The position numbers and the translations under genes are program-made. A DNA stretch of 63,805 bases, filler included, from Octopus bimaculoides (taxonomy: Eukaryota): the NCBI RefSeq assembly GCF_001194135.2. It is 6 parts of 5 records of this genome, joined end to end, with 100 filler letters (N's around TTAATTAATTAA, not from the genome) between each part and the next. Parts side by side here need not be neighbours in the genome. Positions count along the whole stretch, not along the records: positions 1 to 22,350 come from NC_068998.1; 5 more parts are not named here. The stretch is one strand, 5' to 3'. The notes under the pieces are model-generated. The model was given only the letters and a program-made list of their open reading frames with translations. It had not been told where the DNA came from and did no database searches. Shown here one piece after another: positions 1 through 11,456 of this stretch. Within the stretch, counting starts at the first letter, position 1; each line of letters starts with the position of its first letter.

Positions 1-11
1 ACATGCATGTA

Positions 12-59
<48 letters not shown>

Positions 60-523
60 GTGTATACGTTTTACCTTTCGTCCCGACCCAGTACCTTACC
101 ATTTAAGTACCTGATTCACTTGAATCCTGATCTATTATAATATGCATGTAGGTGTGTATGGATGGATGGATGGATGGACGGCATGTACATATGTGTGCCT
201 ATATTTACATACATGCATTCATATATCTATATCTATGTGTGTGTGCGTGTGTGCGAATATACACACACACACACACACACAAGCACACAAATACACGCTC
301 ATACTCACGCGCGCACACATACACACACGCGCGCGTGTGTGACGTTTGACGTTTTCCTGTTTTTCTTTGAATTTTCAGCACCAAAATATATTGAATGGAA
401 GAGAATCTTTGGAAGCAGCCTGGAAAGAAGTACGCTAACATGTAACAGAAGAAAGAATGCAAAGAATTCCTGGATGTCAGCTTGACTTTACCAGCGTAAA
501 TAAGAAATGCAGTTGAGTCTGCA

Positions 524-560
<37 letters not shown>

Positions 561-777
561 AGGGCGTTGGACCCGCAGTATCGTTAGAGCGTCGAACAAA
601 ACGCTTTGCGGTGTTTGTTTACAACACTTAACGTTTCCGTCGATGCTGAAAATCTAAACACTGTAAGCAAGGGAGTTAACTCGAATAAGTCCCCTCCACC
701 CAAGGTTGACTTCATCTTTTTACCCTTCTGAGTTCGATGACCTCTTCCCTCCAAAATTTCTGGTCTTGTGCCTGAGC

Positions 778-978
778 AACGATTTGGCAGTATCGTTAGC
801 ACGCCGGAAGAAAATGTTTTATTCAGCAGTATTTCTTCCAGATTTACGGTCTGAGTTCAAATTCCTCCCAGGTCGACTTTGACGTTCATCCTTTCAGGGT
901 CGATAAAACAAATACCAGCTGAACACTGGAGGTCGCTGTATTCAGCTCCCCTGAAATTGCTGGCCAACATTTGAAACA
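778..978 (+). mobile_element. tRNA-head SINE, family A (core gttcaaattccgccgaggtcgactttgcctttcatcctttcggggtcgataaa); further partial copies at 561-780, 1129-1345 and 1380-1480
   Basis: The same ~200-bp sequence recurs more than 12 times in the window on both strands. It has an A-box-like tggcagaatcgttagc and a B-box-like gagttcaaattcc head. The central block resembles my recollection of the Meta/Sauria-type SINE domain (unverified). Confidence 0.8.
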
Positions 979-1491
979 AATATAGGCATAAATCGCAGCC
1001 ATTTTCGTCGGCGAAAATTTAACTATGATTTGAGAAAATATAAGTTATAGAAATTCTCAACAATAAAACGGAATGTATTTTGTTATTGTTTTAACCTCAA
1101 CAGAATTTTTTTTTTTTTAACAAAATGGGTACCAGTCAAGTACTGGGGTTGATGTAATCGACACCCCCTCCCACCTAAAAAACTGCTGGTCTTATGTCAA
1201 AATTCAAATTCCGCCGAGGTCGACTTTGCCTTTTATCTTTTCGGGGTCGAAGAAAAGAGTACCAGTCGAGTACTGGGGTCGATGTAATCAACTATCCCCT
1301 TCCTCAATTTCAAGCCTTGTGCCTATAATAGAAAGGATTATTATTAATACAGCAAAAGCGTTGGATTTCTAAATACGAAAGAGTGGCGAAAAAAACCGCA
1401 CTGCGATATTTAGCCACGATTCTTTATATTCAGAGTTCAAAACCTGTCAGGTTCAATTTTGATTTTCATCCCACAGAGGATCGTTTAAAAG

Positions 1492-1522
1492 GACATGTTT
1501 CTGTCTTATTAAATTTCCTCAG
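1492..1522 (-). ncRNA. degenerate minimal hammerhead ribozyme core
   Basis: Minus strand reads CTGAGGA-aattt-aata-agaca-GAAAC-AT-GTC. Spacing matches the copy at 1701-1735, stem III is palindromic (ACATGT) and the triplet is GUC. Stems I and II are decayed. Confidence 0.4.
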
Positions 1523-1700
1523 CGATTAACTTAGACTATTCGTGCAATTAATGCACAAAGACTCCTTCTGTGTAGAGTTTAAAATCTAAACACTGCAAAC
1601 AAAGGAGATGACTTGATTAAGATCAATTACTGAAATACTTTGTAACTAAGCACAATGGAGTGTGTAATGAATCTCATCGGTAAAGCTAAATAGGAAAATC

Positions 1701-1735
1701 AACAGGCCTGTTTCGGTCTTATTAGATCTCTTCAG
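1701..1735 (-). ncRNA. minimal hammerhead ribozyme core of the Penelope pseudo-LTR type, partly degenerate
   Basis: Minus strand reads CTGAAGA-gatct-aata-agacc-GAAAC-AGGCCT-GTT. Stem II pairs 4/5 and stem III is the palindrome ACAGGCCTGT. Stem I does not pair well. Confidence 0.6.
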
Positions 1736-1759
1736 CGAAACATATCCTACTCAGGTTGA

Positions 1760-2085
1760 TCGGAATATAAAAGAAATAGAGAGAATTTAGTGGGGTTTGT
1801 TTTATGAATATGACATATTTAAAAAATCTAAATCAGAGAAGCGTTTGCATAGTAAATACAAATATGGTAGCCAAGTAGAATATGATTTGCTGAGAAGGTT
1901 TAAATGCAATCGAAACACGTCCATTGCATTCGCTAGTTGGGATTGCTTACATGATACGATTCATATTCATATCAACCTGCATCATCTTCATTTTCCAATA
2001 ATTTCGACTTTGATGATCTCAGCTAACCAAAAATTTATAACTCACTACGTTGCATATGTGAGACACTACCATATTTTTACTTAGC
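1760..2085 (-). mobile_element. Penelope-like element, GIY-YIG C-terminal remnant
   Basis: Frameshifted minus-strand translation KVEIIGK/EDDAG*YEYESYHVSNPN.../MDVFRLHL resembles the final GIY-YIG segment of PLE ORFs. It is followed by a hammerhead core, as expected for a pLTR. Confidence 0.45.
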
Positions 2086-2100
2086 ATTTAGTCTGCAGAA

Positions 2101-2790
2101 GGTGGCGGGCTGGAGGTATCGTTGACATGCCGAGGGACAAATGCTTTTTTTTTTTTTTTAAATTTTTAGCGACATTTCATCCGCCTTTACGTTCTGAGTT
2201 CAAATTCCGCCGAGGTCGACTTAGCCGTTCATCTTTTCGCAGTTGATAAACGAAGCACCAGTTGAGCTCTGGGGTCGATGTAATCGACTTAACTCCTCAC
2301 TCGAAATTACTGACTTTATTGCCAAAATTTGAAACCATTATTTTGTATCGGAAAGGTTGCGAGTTGGCACAATTATTAGCACACCGGGCAAATTGCTTAG
2401 CAGCATTTCGTTTGTCTTTATGTTTGTAGCTCAAATTCCGCTGAGGTTGACCTTGACTCTCACCCTGTCGGGGGTTGATAAGATAAGTACCAATCAAGTA
2501 CTTGAATTGATGTATTCAACTTTCTCTCCCCCGAAAGTACTGGCCTTGTGCCAAAATTCGAAACTATCATTTAGTATACACCAAGGCTGGTAGAATTCTT
2601 AGAGCGTCGAAAGAAAATGCCTTGCGGCATTTGTTCTCGTTCTTTAAGTTATGAGTTCAAATACTGCCGAGGCCAACTTTACTTTTTATCCTTTCAAGGT
2701 CGATAAAATAAAGGACCAGTCAAGTATTGGGGTCGATGTAACTGACTGTCCTTCTTCCGCTAAAACTGCTAGTTTCGTGATAAAAAAAAA
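2101..2790 (+). mobile_element. three head-to-tail family A SINE copies (2101-2338, 2355-2566, 2583-2790)
   Basis: Three consecutive head-core-tail units in the same orientation with very short gaps. Confidence 0.85.
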
Positions 2791-2913
2791 ATTCGAATTA
2801 TTTCGTATTCAGAACGTTCTCCTGAAGTACTTTTCCTCAGTCAACTTGTCTGATATTCATATTGAAGAGTCTACCATTGTATATACTGTCAAATATGTAA
2901 TGGTGTGATAGTG

Positions 2914-3233
2914 TAGGGAAGTTCTCGACCGGGGTCCATATAAGATTTTGGAGGGTCCATGCAACAAAATAGTAGATTGGAGATCCACAATACTATTTTA
3001 AGGACCCCTGAAAAAATTTTGCTTTAGATGCATGTATTGGTATGTATTGCAAGAAACAGCTCGGTTTCCTTATCCAACATTTTACAGAGTTCAAACTACA
3101 CAAGTTAATGTGTGATGAACTAAATAGGAATTTTAAAAAAGTTTCTATAAAACTCGGACGGCTATGGTGGAGGCTACCAGAATTAAATAGTAATCAGAGG
3201 GGTCCATAGATAAAAGTTGGTCGAGATCCCCTG
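2914..3233. mobile_element. non-autonomous hAT/Charlie-like MITE
   Basis: Left end agggaagttctcgacc and right end ggtcgagatcccctg resemble Charlie-type CAGGGGTTCTCAACC termini. Subterminal ggggtccata is repeated. No clear 8-bp TSD. Confidence 0.55.
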
Positions 3234-3586
3234 AATCTAGGCTTCAGCCAACCAGTTGTTTGGTTGAAGAAAAGTTTACAGCAAATGAATGGGTGGACTA
3301 CATTCCACAGTCTCAGTCACATTAATGAATCATTCAGATTAAACGTGCTTGTCTTTTTTTGTTGTTGTTTTTATTTTGAAGTAAATTCGGGGCGGAGTTA
3401 TTTTTAGTTTGAAAGATTGTGACGGTGGTGGTGGTAGCGATTATGGCGGCGATGTTGTTGTTCTCTTCTTTTTCTTCTTTCTTCTTCAAATCAGCCTTGA
3501 TCAAACTGGGTTGGAGAGAATTTCAACAGTAATCATCCCGTCACTACACACACACACACACACACATACATATATATATGTATATA

Positions 3587-4612
3587 CAACTTTAGCCAAA
3601 AGTATTAGGCCACCCCAATGTTTTGGGTTCTGCTATCTCAATGTTAATGAAACTCGTGCACATGGTAGATTATGGTATATTTCACAATATACATTAGTTC
3701 TAATATCTGGCTGACCCTCCTTTACCATCAATTACCGCTTTTATACTGTACTGTACATATGCAACCAATTATGAGTTAGACCAACGTCCAAAACTAACTC
3801 ATGTTTCCTTGATTATTTCAGAGTTTTATGCTAAAATACATTGTAGATACAGTTAATAAACAGTAAAATGCCTAAAACAAGGTGGTTGAGTGAGTGTGAG
3901 TGAGGTCAAATCGTAGCTCATCACGAAGATGGAATGTCTCAAAAGCAAATTGCTCAGAAGATGAAATGTTCTCGTTGTGCAGTGCAAACGACTCTCTAGC
4001 ACTTCAGAGAGACAAAAGATGTGAAGTCAATACAAAGAACAGGCAGAAGAAAGGTTACATCACCTCGTGATGATAGATCCATCATCCGTCAGTCGCTCAG
4101 AAACAGAAGAAAAACATCGTCGGAGCCCTGTACGGACTTCAACAAGGCAAATACTTCACAAATATCAATCAGAACTGTTAGAAGAAGGCTTGTAGAGTGC
4201 GGTCTGAAAGGCGCCATGGGTTTCTGAAGCGAATATGGAAAAACGTCTTCTGTGGGCCAAAAGCCACTCAAATTGGACTAGTGGGCAATGGTCAAAAGTC
4301 ATATGATCTGATGAAAGTAACTATGAGGTAAGATAGTACATGTATTCAATCAACATATAAATTTAATGTAGCTAGTTTGTTGCCCAAAATATATATATAA
4401 AAAAAAATTATCCAACATAATGCTATTGTTTTTCATGTTTTTAGTCAGGTTTTCGGTACATCTGGTGCAACTTTCATACGTCGCAGACTTGGGGAAGTCT
4501 GGTACCAACCATAAAACATGGGAGTGGTTCTAGCATGGTGTGGGCCTGCATGTCTGCCACAGGACCCGGAGAAATGTTTTTATGTCAGGGAAGGATAAAT
4601 TCAGCTACCTAT
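3587..4612 (+). mobile_element. Tc1-family transposon, 3'-truncated, with an intron-containing transposase pseudogene
   Basis: TA then caactttagccaaaagtattagg terminus. ATG at 3868 gives MPKTRWLSECE*GQIVAHHEDGMSQKQIAQKMKCSRCAVQ, then TGRRKVTSPRDDRSIIRQSLRNRRKTS, SDESNYE|VFGTSGATFIRRRLGE and PTIKHGSGSSMVWAC. No right TIR seen. Confidence 0.85.
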
Positions 4613-4904
4613 GCTTCTATGTTATCAGATGTTTTATAGCCATCAATTGCTAAATTGCATCCAGAAGTGTCGGAAAGTCAAGGTTAGATTGATACACTCG
4701 GCCGACGTCTTAATCACTTTGTCTTTATATGACAAACTGCGATATGAGGTGTTTTGTTTGCAATTTTTAGCAGACCTAAATTCTTTAAATTATAAGCCAA
4801 TGGTCTTTTTAATTGGTCGTGTTGTGTTTAGCTCTAAAAACGTAATCACATGTTCTTAGGATAATTACCATGTTGTATTAAACATAACTTCAATATCTTA
4901 ATGC

Positions 4905-5108
4905 TTTTATATTGGAACGCCGGGTAAAATGTTTAGCAACATTTCGTTCGACCATACGTTCTGAGTTCAAATTCCGCCGATGTTCGACTTTGCCTTTCAT
5001 CATTTCGAGGTCGATAAAATAAGTATCAGCCAAGTCCTGGTATTGATGTAATCGACTTACCCGCTCCCCCGAAATTGATGGCTTTATGCCAAAATTTGAA
5101 ACCAATAT
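4905..5108 (+). mobile_element. family A SINE copy
   Basis: Core gttctgagttcaaattccgccgatgttcgactttgcctttcatc and tail gccaaaatttgaaaccaat. Confidence 0.8.
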
Positions 5109-5548
5109 TTTTAAGCACTTTCCTCAGACCCATTTCCTGCCTCTCGTTTCACCGTGGCTCACCTACTCTATCCTTTTATCCCTACCTATCTCCTCAATTT
5201 TACCACCATCTGCACTATTATTTTTCATCACTACTACCACCTCTTTTTCACTCTTATCCTTTACCAAGACACCGTTTTTTTTACCACCCCACCCCATTAA
5301 CCCTTTCTCTCTCAGTCATTCACTACACAACTTTCAGAATCCAACACTAGGAAACTGTATAAATTTACAAACCAATTAAACTCATATCAGCACTAAGGTC
5401 AATGATGGAATTAAAAATAAAATAATTTACTAAACTATTAACTACATCATTCGAAGCACGAACATTTAAAAAAATATTTACGTCTACAATTACTAGAGAT
5501 AAAACTGATGGCGGTGGGATGTGATCTTTTTGATTAATAACATAGATA

Positions 5549-6384
5549 CAAGGTGGTATCAAAAAGTTCCAAGACTAGTTCTGTAGCACGCCAACAGATG
5601 ACAGTACACGGTTACGTGCGCAGTGAGAGCCATAGTGACTTTCGTGAGGCAATGTGTTTACTTAGCAAGTTGTGAAATTTCTGCGATTTTTGTCATGGAC
5701 AGGAAGTTGGAACAAAGAGCCAACGTGGAATTTTGCATTAAACTTGAGAAGTCTGCTACAAAGACATTGAGTATAATTCGATAAGCTTACGGCGATGAGG
5801 CAATGGGTCGTACGCAATATTTCGAGTGGCACGGGCTCTTCAAAAACGTCCCCAAAAGACCGTGAGCGATCTGGACAACCTGCTACGAATGCCATCTCCG
5901 GAAATGGGGGAAAAAAAATTCATCAGCTTGTGCATGAGGATCGTCCGAGGACAATCAACGACGTTTTGAAGCGTTTGAGGGAGGACATTCGGCGAAAGCG
6001 ACTGGATCTGTGGAGCGCGAAGAATTGGAGTCTTCACGACGAGAATACACCGCCACAGGGCTCTCCTCACTCGAGAATTTCTCGCCAAAAACAACATGGT
6101 ATCGCTTCTGCACCTGCAGACTTCTATCTCTTCCTCAAGAAGAAAATGCAACTCAAAGGTCGCTGTTTTAATACCGTTGTCAAAATCCAGTGCGAATCGC
6201 ATAAGGTCCTCGATTCGCTAACGGAAAACGACTTCCAGGTCGGGTTCCAAAAGTGGCAGAAACGTTGGGACCGGTGTATTGCTGCACAAGGTGACTGTTT
6301 CGAAGGAGATTATGTTAAAACTTGGGTAAATAAGTTGTTTTTTATTAAACATAACTAGTCCAGGAACCTTATATTAAGCCCCCC
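5549..6384 (+). mobile_element. mariner (DD34D-type) internally deleted element
   Basis: Imperfect TIRs caaggtggtatcaaaaagttccaagactagtt / aactagtccaggaacc. Remnants include IKFCIKLEKSATKT-like, DRPRTIND fused to VLKRLREDIRRKR...WSLHDEN, DFYLFLKKKMQLKG and FQKWQKRWDRCIAAQGDCFEGD. Confidence 0.85.
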
Positions 6385-6524
6385 CCTCTCTCACACACTT
6401 TCATGGGGATGCGTGAGCTACAAAGAAAAAAGACCAATCCCAGTTTTTGATTGCAGCTCAAGATTCTGGAAGGGTAAAGGGACAGAGTTGACCTGAGATT
6501 TGAACTCTGTAAGTACTTATATAC

Positions 6525-6890
6525 CTTTTATCTGTTTACTGGCTTCAGCCATTAGACTGTGACCATGCTGGGGTAATTACCTTGAAGGATTTAGTCAAAA
6601 AAATTGACCCCAGTACTTTATTCTTTTCTAAGCCCAGTACTTATTCTATCAGTCTCTTTTTGCCGAACCGCTAAGTTACGGGGAGGAAAACAAACCAATA
6701 CCGGTTATCAAGTGGTGGATGAGACAAACACTAACATCCACACACACAAACACACGCATACGATGGACTTCTTTCAGTTTCCATCTTCCAAATCCACTCA
6801 TATGGCTTTGGTTGGCATGGGGCTATAGTAGAAGACATTTGTCCAAGTTGTCATGAACTTGGAACCATGTGGTTGGGAAGCAAACTTGTT
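6525..6890 (-). mobile_element. tRNA-head SINE family B (minus copies also at ~8010-8300, 9630-9830, 12765-12915, 13215-13378, 14225-14455, 15240-15395, 16605-16715, 19730-19855, 20575-20810, 21080-21300, 60965-61250)
   Basis: Recurrent consensus: gtggtaag...ccacatggttccgggttcagtcccactgcgtggcaccttgggcaagtgtcttctactatagcc...gaaactgaaagaagcccgtcg, then a (TA/TG) microsatellite, then ...ccagcatggccgcagtcaaatgactgaaacaagtaaaaga. Confidence 0.85.
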
Positions 6891-7062
6891 TTCCATGACA
6901 GCATATTTTATATATACATACAGTTCATACTTACAGAAAAACAAAAGATGAAGACAGGTATAAGAACAAGCAGGTGTATTAGCTAAACGGTCAGGAAAAA
7001 TGGAAAAGTCTTTTACATTTCCAGCCTACAAGTCTTACAAAGAAAGGAAGATTTCAGTGGTC

Positions 7063-7116
<54 letters not shown>

Positions 7117-7124
7117 GATGCCTG

Positions 7125-7268
7125 TGTAGTAAGAAGCTGGCTTCCTAACCACATAGTTCTGTGTTCAGTCCCACTGCATAGCACCCTGGGCAACTATCTT
7201 ATAATACAGCCTCAGGCTAACCAAAACCTTGTGAGTGGATTTAGTAGCTAGAAACTGAAAGAAGCTCG

Positions 7269-7306
<38 letters not shown>

Positions 7307-7530
7307 CTGTATGTATGTCCTTGTATCTGTTTGTCACCACTTGACAACCGGTGTTGGTGTGTTTACACCCCCGTAACATTGCAGTTTGGCAAAAGAAACT
7401 GAAAGAATAAATATTAGGCTTTACAAAAATAAGTTCTGGGGTCGATTTGCTCAATTAAAACCCTTCAAAGTGGTGTTCCAGCATGGCTGCAGTCGAATGA
7501 CCGAAACAAGTAAAGGAATAAAAGAATGCT
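7125..7530 (+). mobile_element. family B SINE, near full length (other plus copies 21735-21932, 25005-25165, 25300-25515, 58020-58182, 61235-61440)
   Basis: Matches the family B consensus head to tail. Confidence 0.85.
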
Positions 7531-7636
7531 ATTTGTAACCTGATTTTAGGATAGGTACACTGTGTCCTTGCATATGTAATGGATCAACAAAAGTGCTGAC
7601 AACACAAGGGGTACCTGGCCATAAAACACTTAGAAA

Positions 7637-7812
7637 ACCTGCCACGAATGTCATCCCCGGAAATGGGGGAAAAAATTCATCAGCTTGTGCATGAGGATCG
7701 TCCGAGGACAATCAACGACTTTCTGAAGCATTTGAGGGAGGGCATTCGGCGAAAGCAACTGGATCTGTGGAGCGCGAAGAATTGGAGTCTTCGTGATGAC
7801 AATACACCACCA
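7637..7812 (+). mobile_element. mariner fragment paralogous to 5877-6055
   Basis: Near-identical ~175 bp carrying the same DRPRTIND/..LKHLREGIRRK fusion junction. Confidence 0.85.
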
Positions 7813-8448
7813 GGATGGAAACAGATGAGAAATGATGCTGCCAATAGTGATGTCAATAATACACACACACACACACACTTACACACATATATATTGTCAT
7901 TGTATAGAGTCTGATGAGCTGTCCACAAGGTTGTGGCTTTTGTGGATGCGAAACCATTGGTAACTCTATGACCAGAATTTAACTTTATGTTTTAATATAT
8001 TGTGTTTTAGTCAACAGACTCTGGCCATGATGGGGCACCACCTTGAAGAATTTTAGCAGCTAGTTACAGGGATGTAAACACACCAACACTGGTTGTCAAG
8101 TGGTACTGAAGGACACACACAGACATATATATATATACACACACACGACAGGCTTCTTTCAGTTTCTGACTACCAAATTCACTCACAAGGTTTTGGCTGG
8201 CCTAAGGCTATACTAGAAAATACTTGCCCGTGGTTCCATGCAGTGGGACTGAACCTGGAACCATGTGGTTGGGAAGCAAGCTACTTATAACACAGCCATG
8301 CCTGCATCCAGCTGTAAAAATCATGCCAAAACAGACACAGTAGCCTGGGGTAGTCTTCTATCTGGGCAGCTCCTGTCAAACCATCCAGCTCATGCCAGCA
8401 TGGAAGGCAGATGTTAAACAATGATGATGATGATAATATATATATATA

Positions 8449-8574
8449 CAGGGTGTCCACAAAGTCTGGGTACATGGGATTAACACATACTTTAAGAAAT
8501 TATTATTTCTTATATTTAATTGTTTATGTTATGATTTTATTTACTCCATGTACCCAGACCTTGTGGACACCCTG
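8449..8574. mobile_element. 126-bp Tc1/mariner-type MITE
   Basis: 29-bp TIRs cagggtgtccacaaagtctgggtacatgg / ccatgtacccagaccttgtggacaccctg with 1 mismatch, in TA-rich flanks. Confidence 0.9.
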
Positions 8575-8618
8575 TTTATATATATATATATATAATTAAA
8601 AAAAAATTTAATTAATTC

Positions 8619-8624
8619 TTTATT
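8619..8624 (-). promoter_or_regulatory. candidate polyadenylation signal of MTFMT
   Basis: AATAAA on the minus strand ~265 nt downstream of the MTFMT stop codon. Position only; no transcript evidence. Confidence 0.4.
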
Positions 8625-8758
8625 TTGTATATTTTCACTTGTCTTGCCCGTTCACATTTTGGTGTGCGCTTAATTTCCCTAGAGAACATTCTTTTCTTTT
8701 GTGGTTTGATCGTAGATGGTATATCTCTAGCATAATGAATGTCCACTTAGTGGTCATC

Positions 8759-8829
<71 letters not shown>

Positions 8830-8886
8830 AAAGCCTTTAAGGGTTTTTTTCTTTTTCAAAAAAACTATCAGCAACCCATTATGTAG

Positions 8887-9173
8887 CTAGCTTCGGATTG
8901 TTCGTTTTTTATTATAAATATCATCGTACAGATAATTCTTTTGGCTGTCAAATTTACAAATCTTGTTTGCAGGTACTTTACAAAGAAACCCATTCTGAAA
9001 CTCCTGAGCAGTCATCGTTTTACCCTTGATGATTCTCCGAAAGGCCACCCAACCATTGACACACTTAATCATCAAACAGTTAGCTTTCTTGTAATGTAAC
9101 ACAGTCCCAGGGTGAACATCATCTGAGGAATTTACCGACAGCTTCTGCTTCAGTAACAAATTGACATGGTATT
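8887..9173 (-). CDS. MTFMT: mitochondrial methionyl-tRNA formyltransferase, terminal coding exon
   Basis: Strong polypyrimidine tract and AG at 9174-9175, phase 1. PGTVLHYKKANCLMIKCVNGWVAFRRIIKGKTMTAQEFQNGFL aligns with the recalled human MTFMT C-terminus [43 protein letters not shown]. Stop TAG at 8887-8889. Confidence 0.9.
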
Positions 9174-9484
9174 CTAAAAGAAGAAAAAGAAAAGAAAAAG
9201 AATGAATGAACAGGATGAAGAGAAAGAGAGAGATAAGAAAATGTTTAGACATAAACGGAATTATTGTTAGAGGGAAAGAACACAGCAGAAAGTTTGTGAA
9301 GGGTAGCAGGGTGGCAGGGAGTTAGAAGGGATGTAAATATTTATTGTGGTAACATAAATAATTATTGACCAATGCGATATCAATGGTTTTCTGTGTAATA
9401 TTAATGTGTGAGTGTGTGTTGTGAGTGAATATATATATATATTTATACACTCTCTCTTTCCTTTCCTGAGCGTCNNNNNNNNNN

Positions 9485-9551
<67 letters not shown>

Positions 9552-10099
9552 CAAATATGTATACAAATATATGCATACACATATATATGTATATGTACAT
9601 ATAAGTATATACATATATAAGTACATATTCTTTTACTTGTTTCAGTTATTTGACTGCAGCCATGCTGGAGCACCACCTTAAAGGGTTTTAGTCAAAGAAA
9701 TTGATTTCAGGACTTATTCTTTGTAAGCCTAATACTTATTTTATCGGTCGTTTTTGCCGAACTACTAAGTTATAGGACCATAAACACACTAACATCTGTT
9801 GTCAAGTGATGGTGGAGGGACAAACACAAAGCCACACACACACACACACACATATATATATACAACGAGCAGTGGCCTGGGAATTAAATTTGTTTAGTGG
9901 ATGCAAACTCACTTCCAAAATTTTTTTGCAAATAAGGCCAGCCAATTTTTCTTCTATCTTAATATCAAAACAAAAACAGGTATGATAATATTTTTTATTA
10001 TTATACATGGAAAAGTAATGCTTCAAATCATTCTAAAAATTTTTCTATGCTCACTTGTTTTCCAAGAGGATTTCCAAAGTGTTTTCATTGCACAAGTTT

Positions 10100-11000
10100 T
10101 TATGTACATGCATTACAGCCCAGTGTGTTAGATGGTGTTGCATCATTGTGGTACAGAGTCAGATCTTCAAACACCAAAGGGTGTCGAACATTCCTTTACT
10201 TGATGCAACAGACACTGGCTTGCAACATGATGACATCCTCATCACAAAGGCTTGTCCATAGTGCTTTCAGAAGAATGGTGATTTGGGAAACAAAGTTCAA
10301 TGCATCAGTGACCATGACAACTGTAGATCCACCTTCGTGGAGGACAAGGTCCAGAGAGTGGTTTCTGCAGTGTATAATATATACCAGGAAGCATCTTTTA
10401 ATCTCTTTTGTATGCCTGAAATGTTTCTACTCATGGTACATGCACCATCAAAGGCAAAAGCAGCATAATTTTGAGCCCAGCTCAATGTTTAGACAACAAA
10501 AAACAGCCAGAATAATGTTAGTTAGTGTCTCTGAAGTGTAGTCAGGAGAAAATCTTTGTGGATATCCTGGTTTTCAGAAACATGATGACAATAATTGATC
10601 CTTGTTTCATGCCAGAGCAATCACATATAATACCAATAAACAACCATTTTTCTCATCTCATGTAGGGTGTTATGAGCATATGCCTCAAAGATTTCATTTT
10701 GTATGGTATCAGATAAGAAATTAACTCATCATTTAAGCAGCTTGTCTTAGTTCAGCACCACACTCATCAGCAAGTTATTTTATGAGATTTACAAAGTCTC
10801 CTGTGACATGTGTTAACTTTCTCTTCAAAAATGGAACTAGTGACTCCTTTTATCTTTTACTAAGACTCTTCCTTGATCCTTCAACAATGAAACTGCAAAC
10901 TAGTTATCTTTTACAAAAAAATTTCCTTAATTCACTAATCATGAAAGTGCTAACCACTATTATCTTCCACTAAAGATGTTCTTCAATTCTTCAATGAACT
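10100..11000 (-). pseudogene. hAT transposase fossil (ZMYM1/DUF4371-like) inside the MTFMT intron
   Basis: Frameshifted motifs appear in the expected order: TGDFVNLIK*LA, SDTIQNEIFE, FDGACTMSRNISGIQKRLK and YIIHCRNHSLDLVL (CxxH motif). Confidence 0.7.
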
Positions 11001-11456
11001 GGTAACTACTAATATCTTTTATTAGATATTCCTTAATTTTATTCTCTCCAAAGACGGAATAGTTGGCTCACATGGAAACCTTTGCTCAATGATATATGAT
11101 CAACAGATTCAGCTATTCTAGAAACAACTGTGAGAAACTTTACATATTATTTCTTAATCCCTTATTTACTATAACTACTCTGCAATTATGTTTGAATAAA
11201 AAAAATTAATATGCTCTAAAGTGATGCCAGATGCTTTACTTGTTTATCTCTCTTTCTAATCTATATCTGCCAGCTCAATGATGAACCGCTTATAACCATC
11301 TTTGATAGGCAGCTTCAACAACATCTTCGTTTCAGCTGCTGTTCAAGCTGAAATTTTAGAGGTAAACCAACTTTAGCACTTAAAGTTCACACCTATTACA
11401 TTACATCATTAGACAGTTTTTTTAAAAATATATATACACACACACAGACATATATA

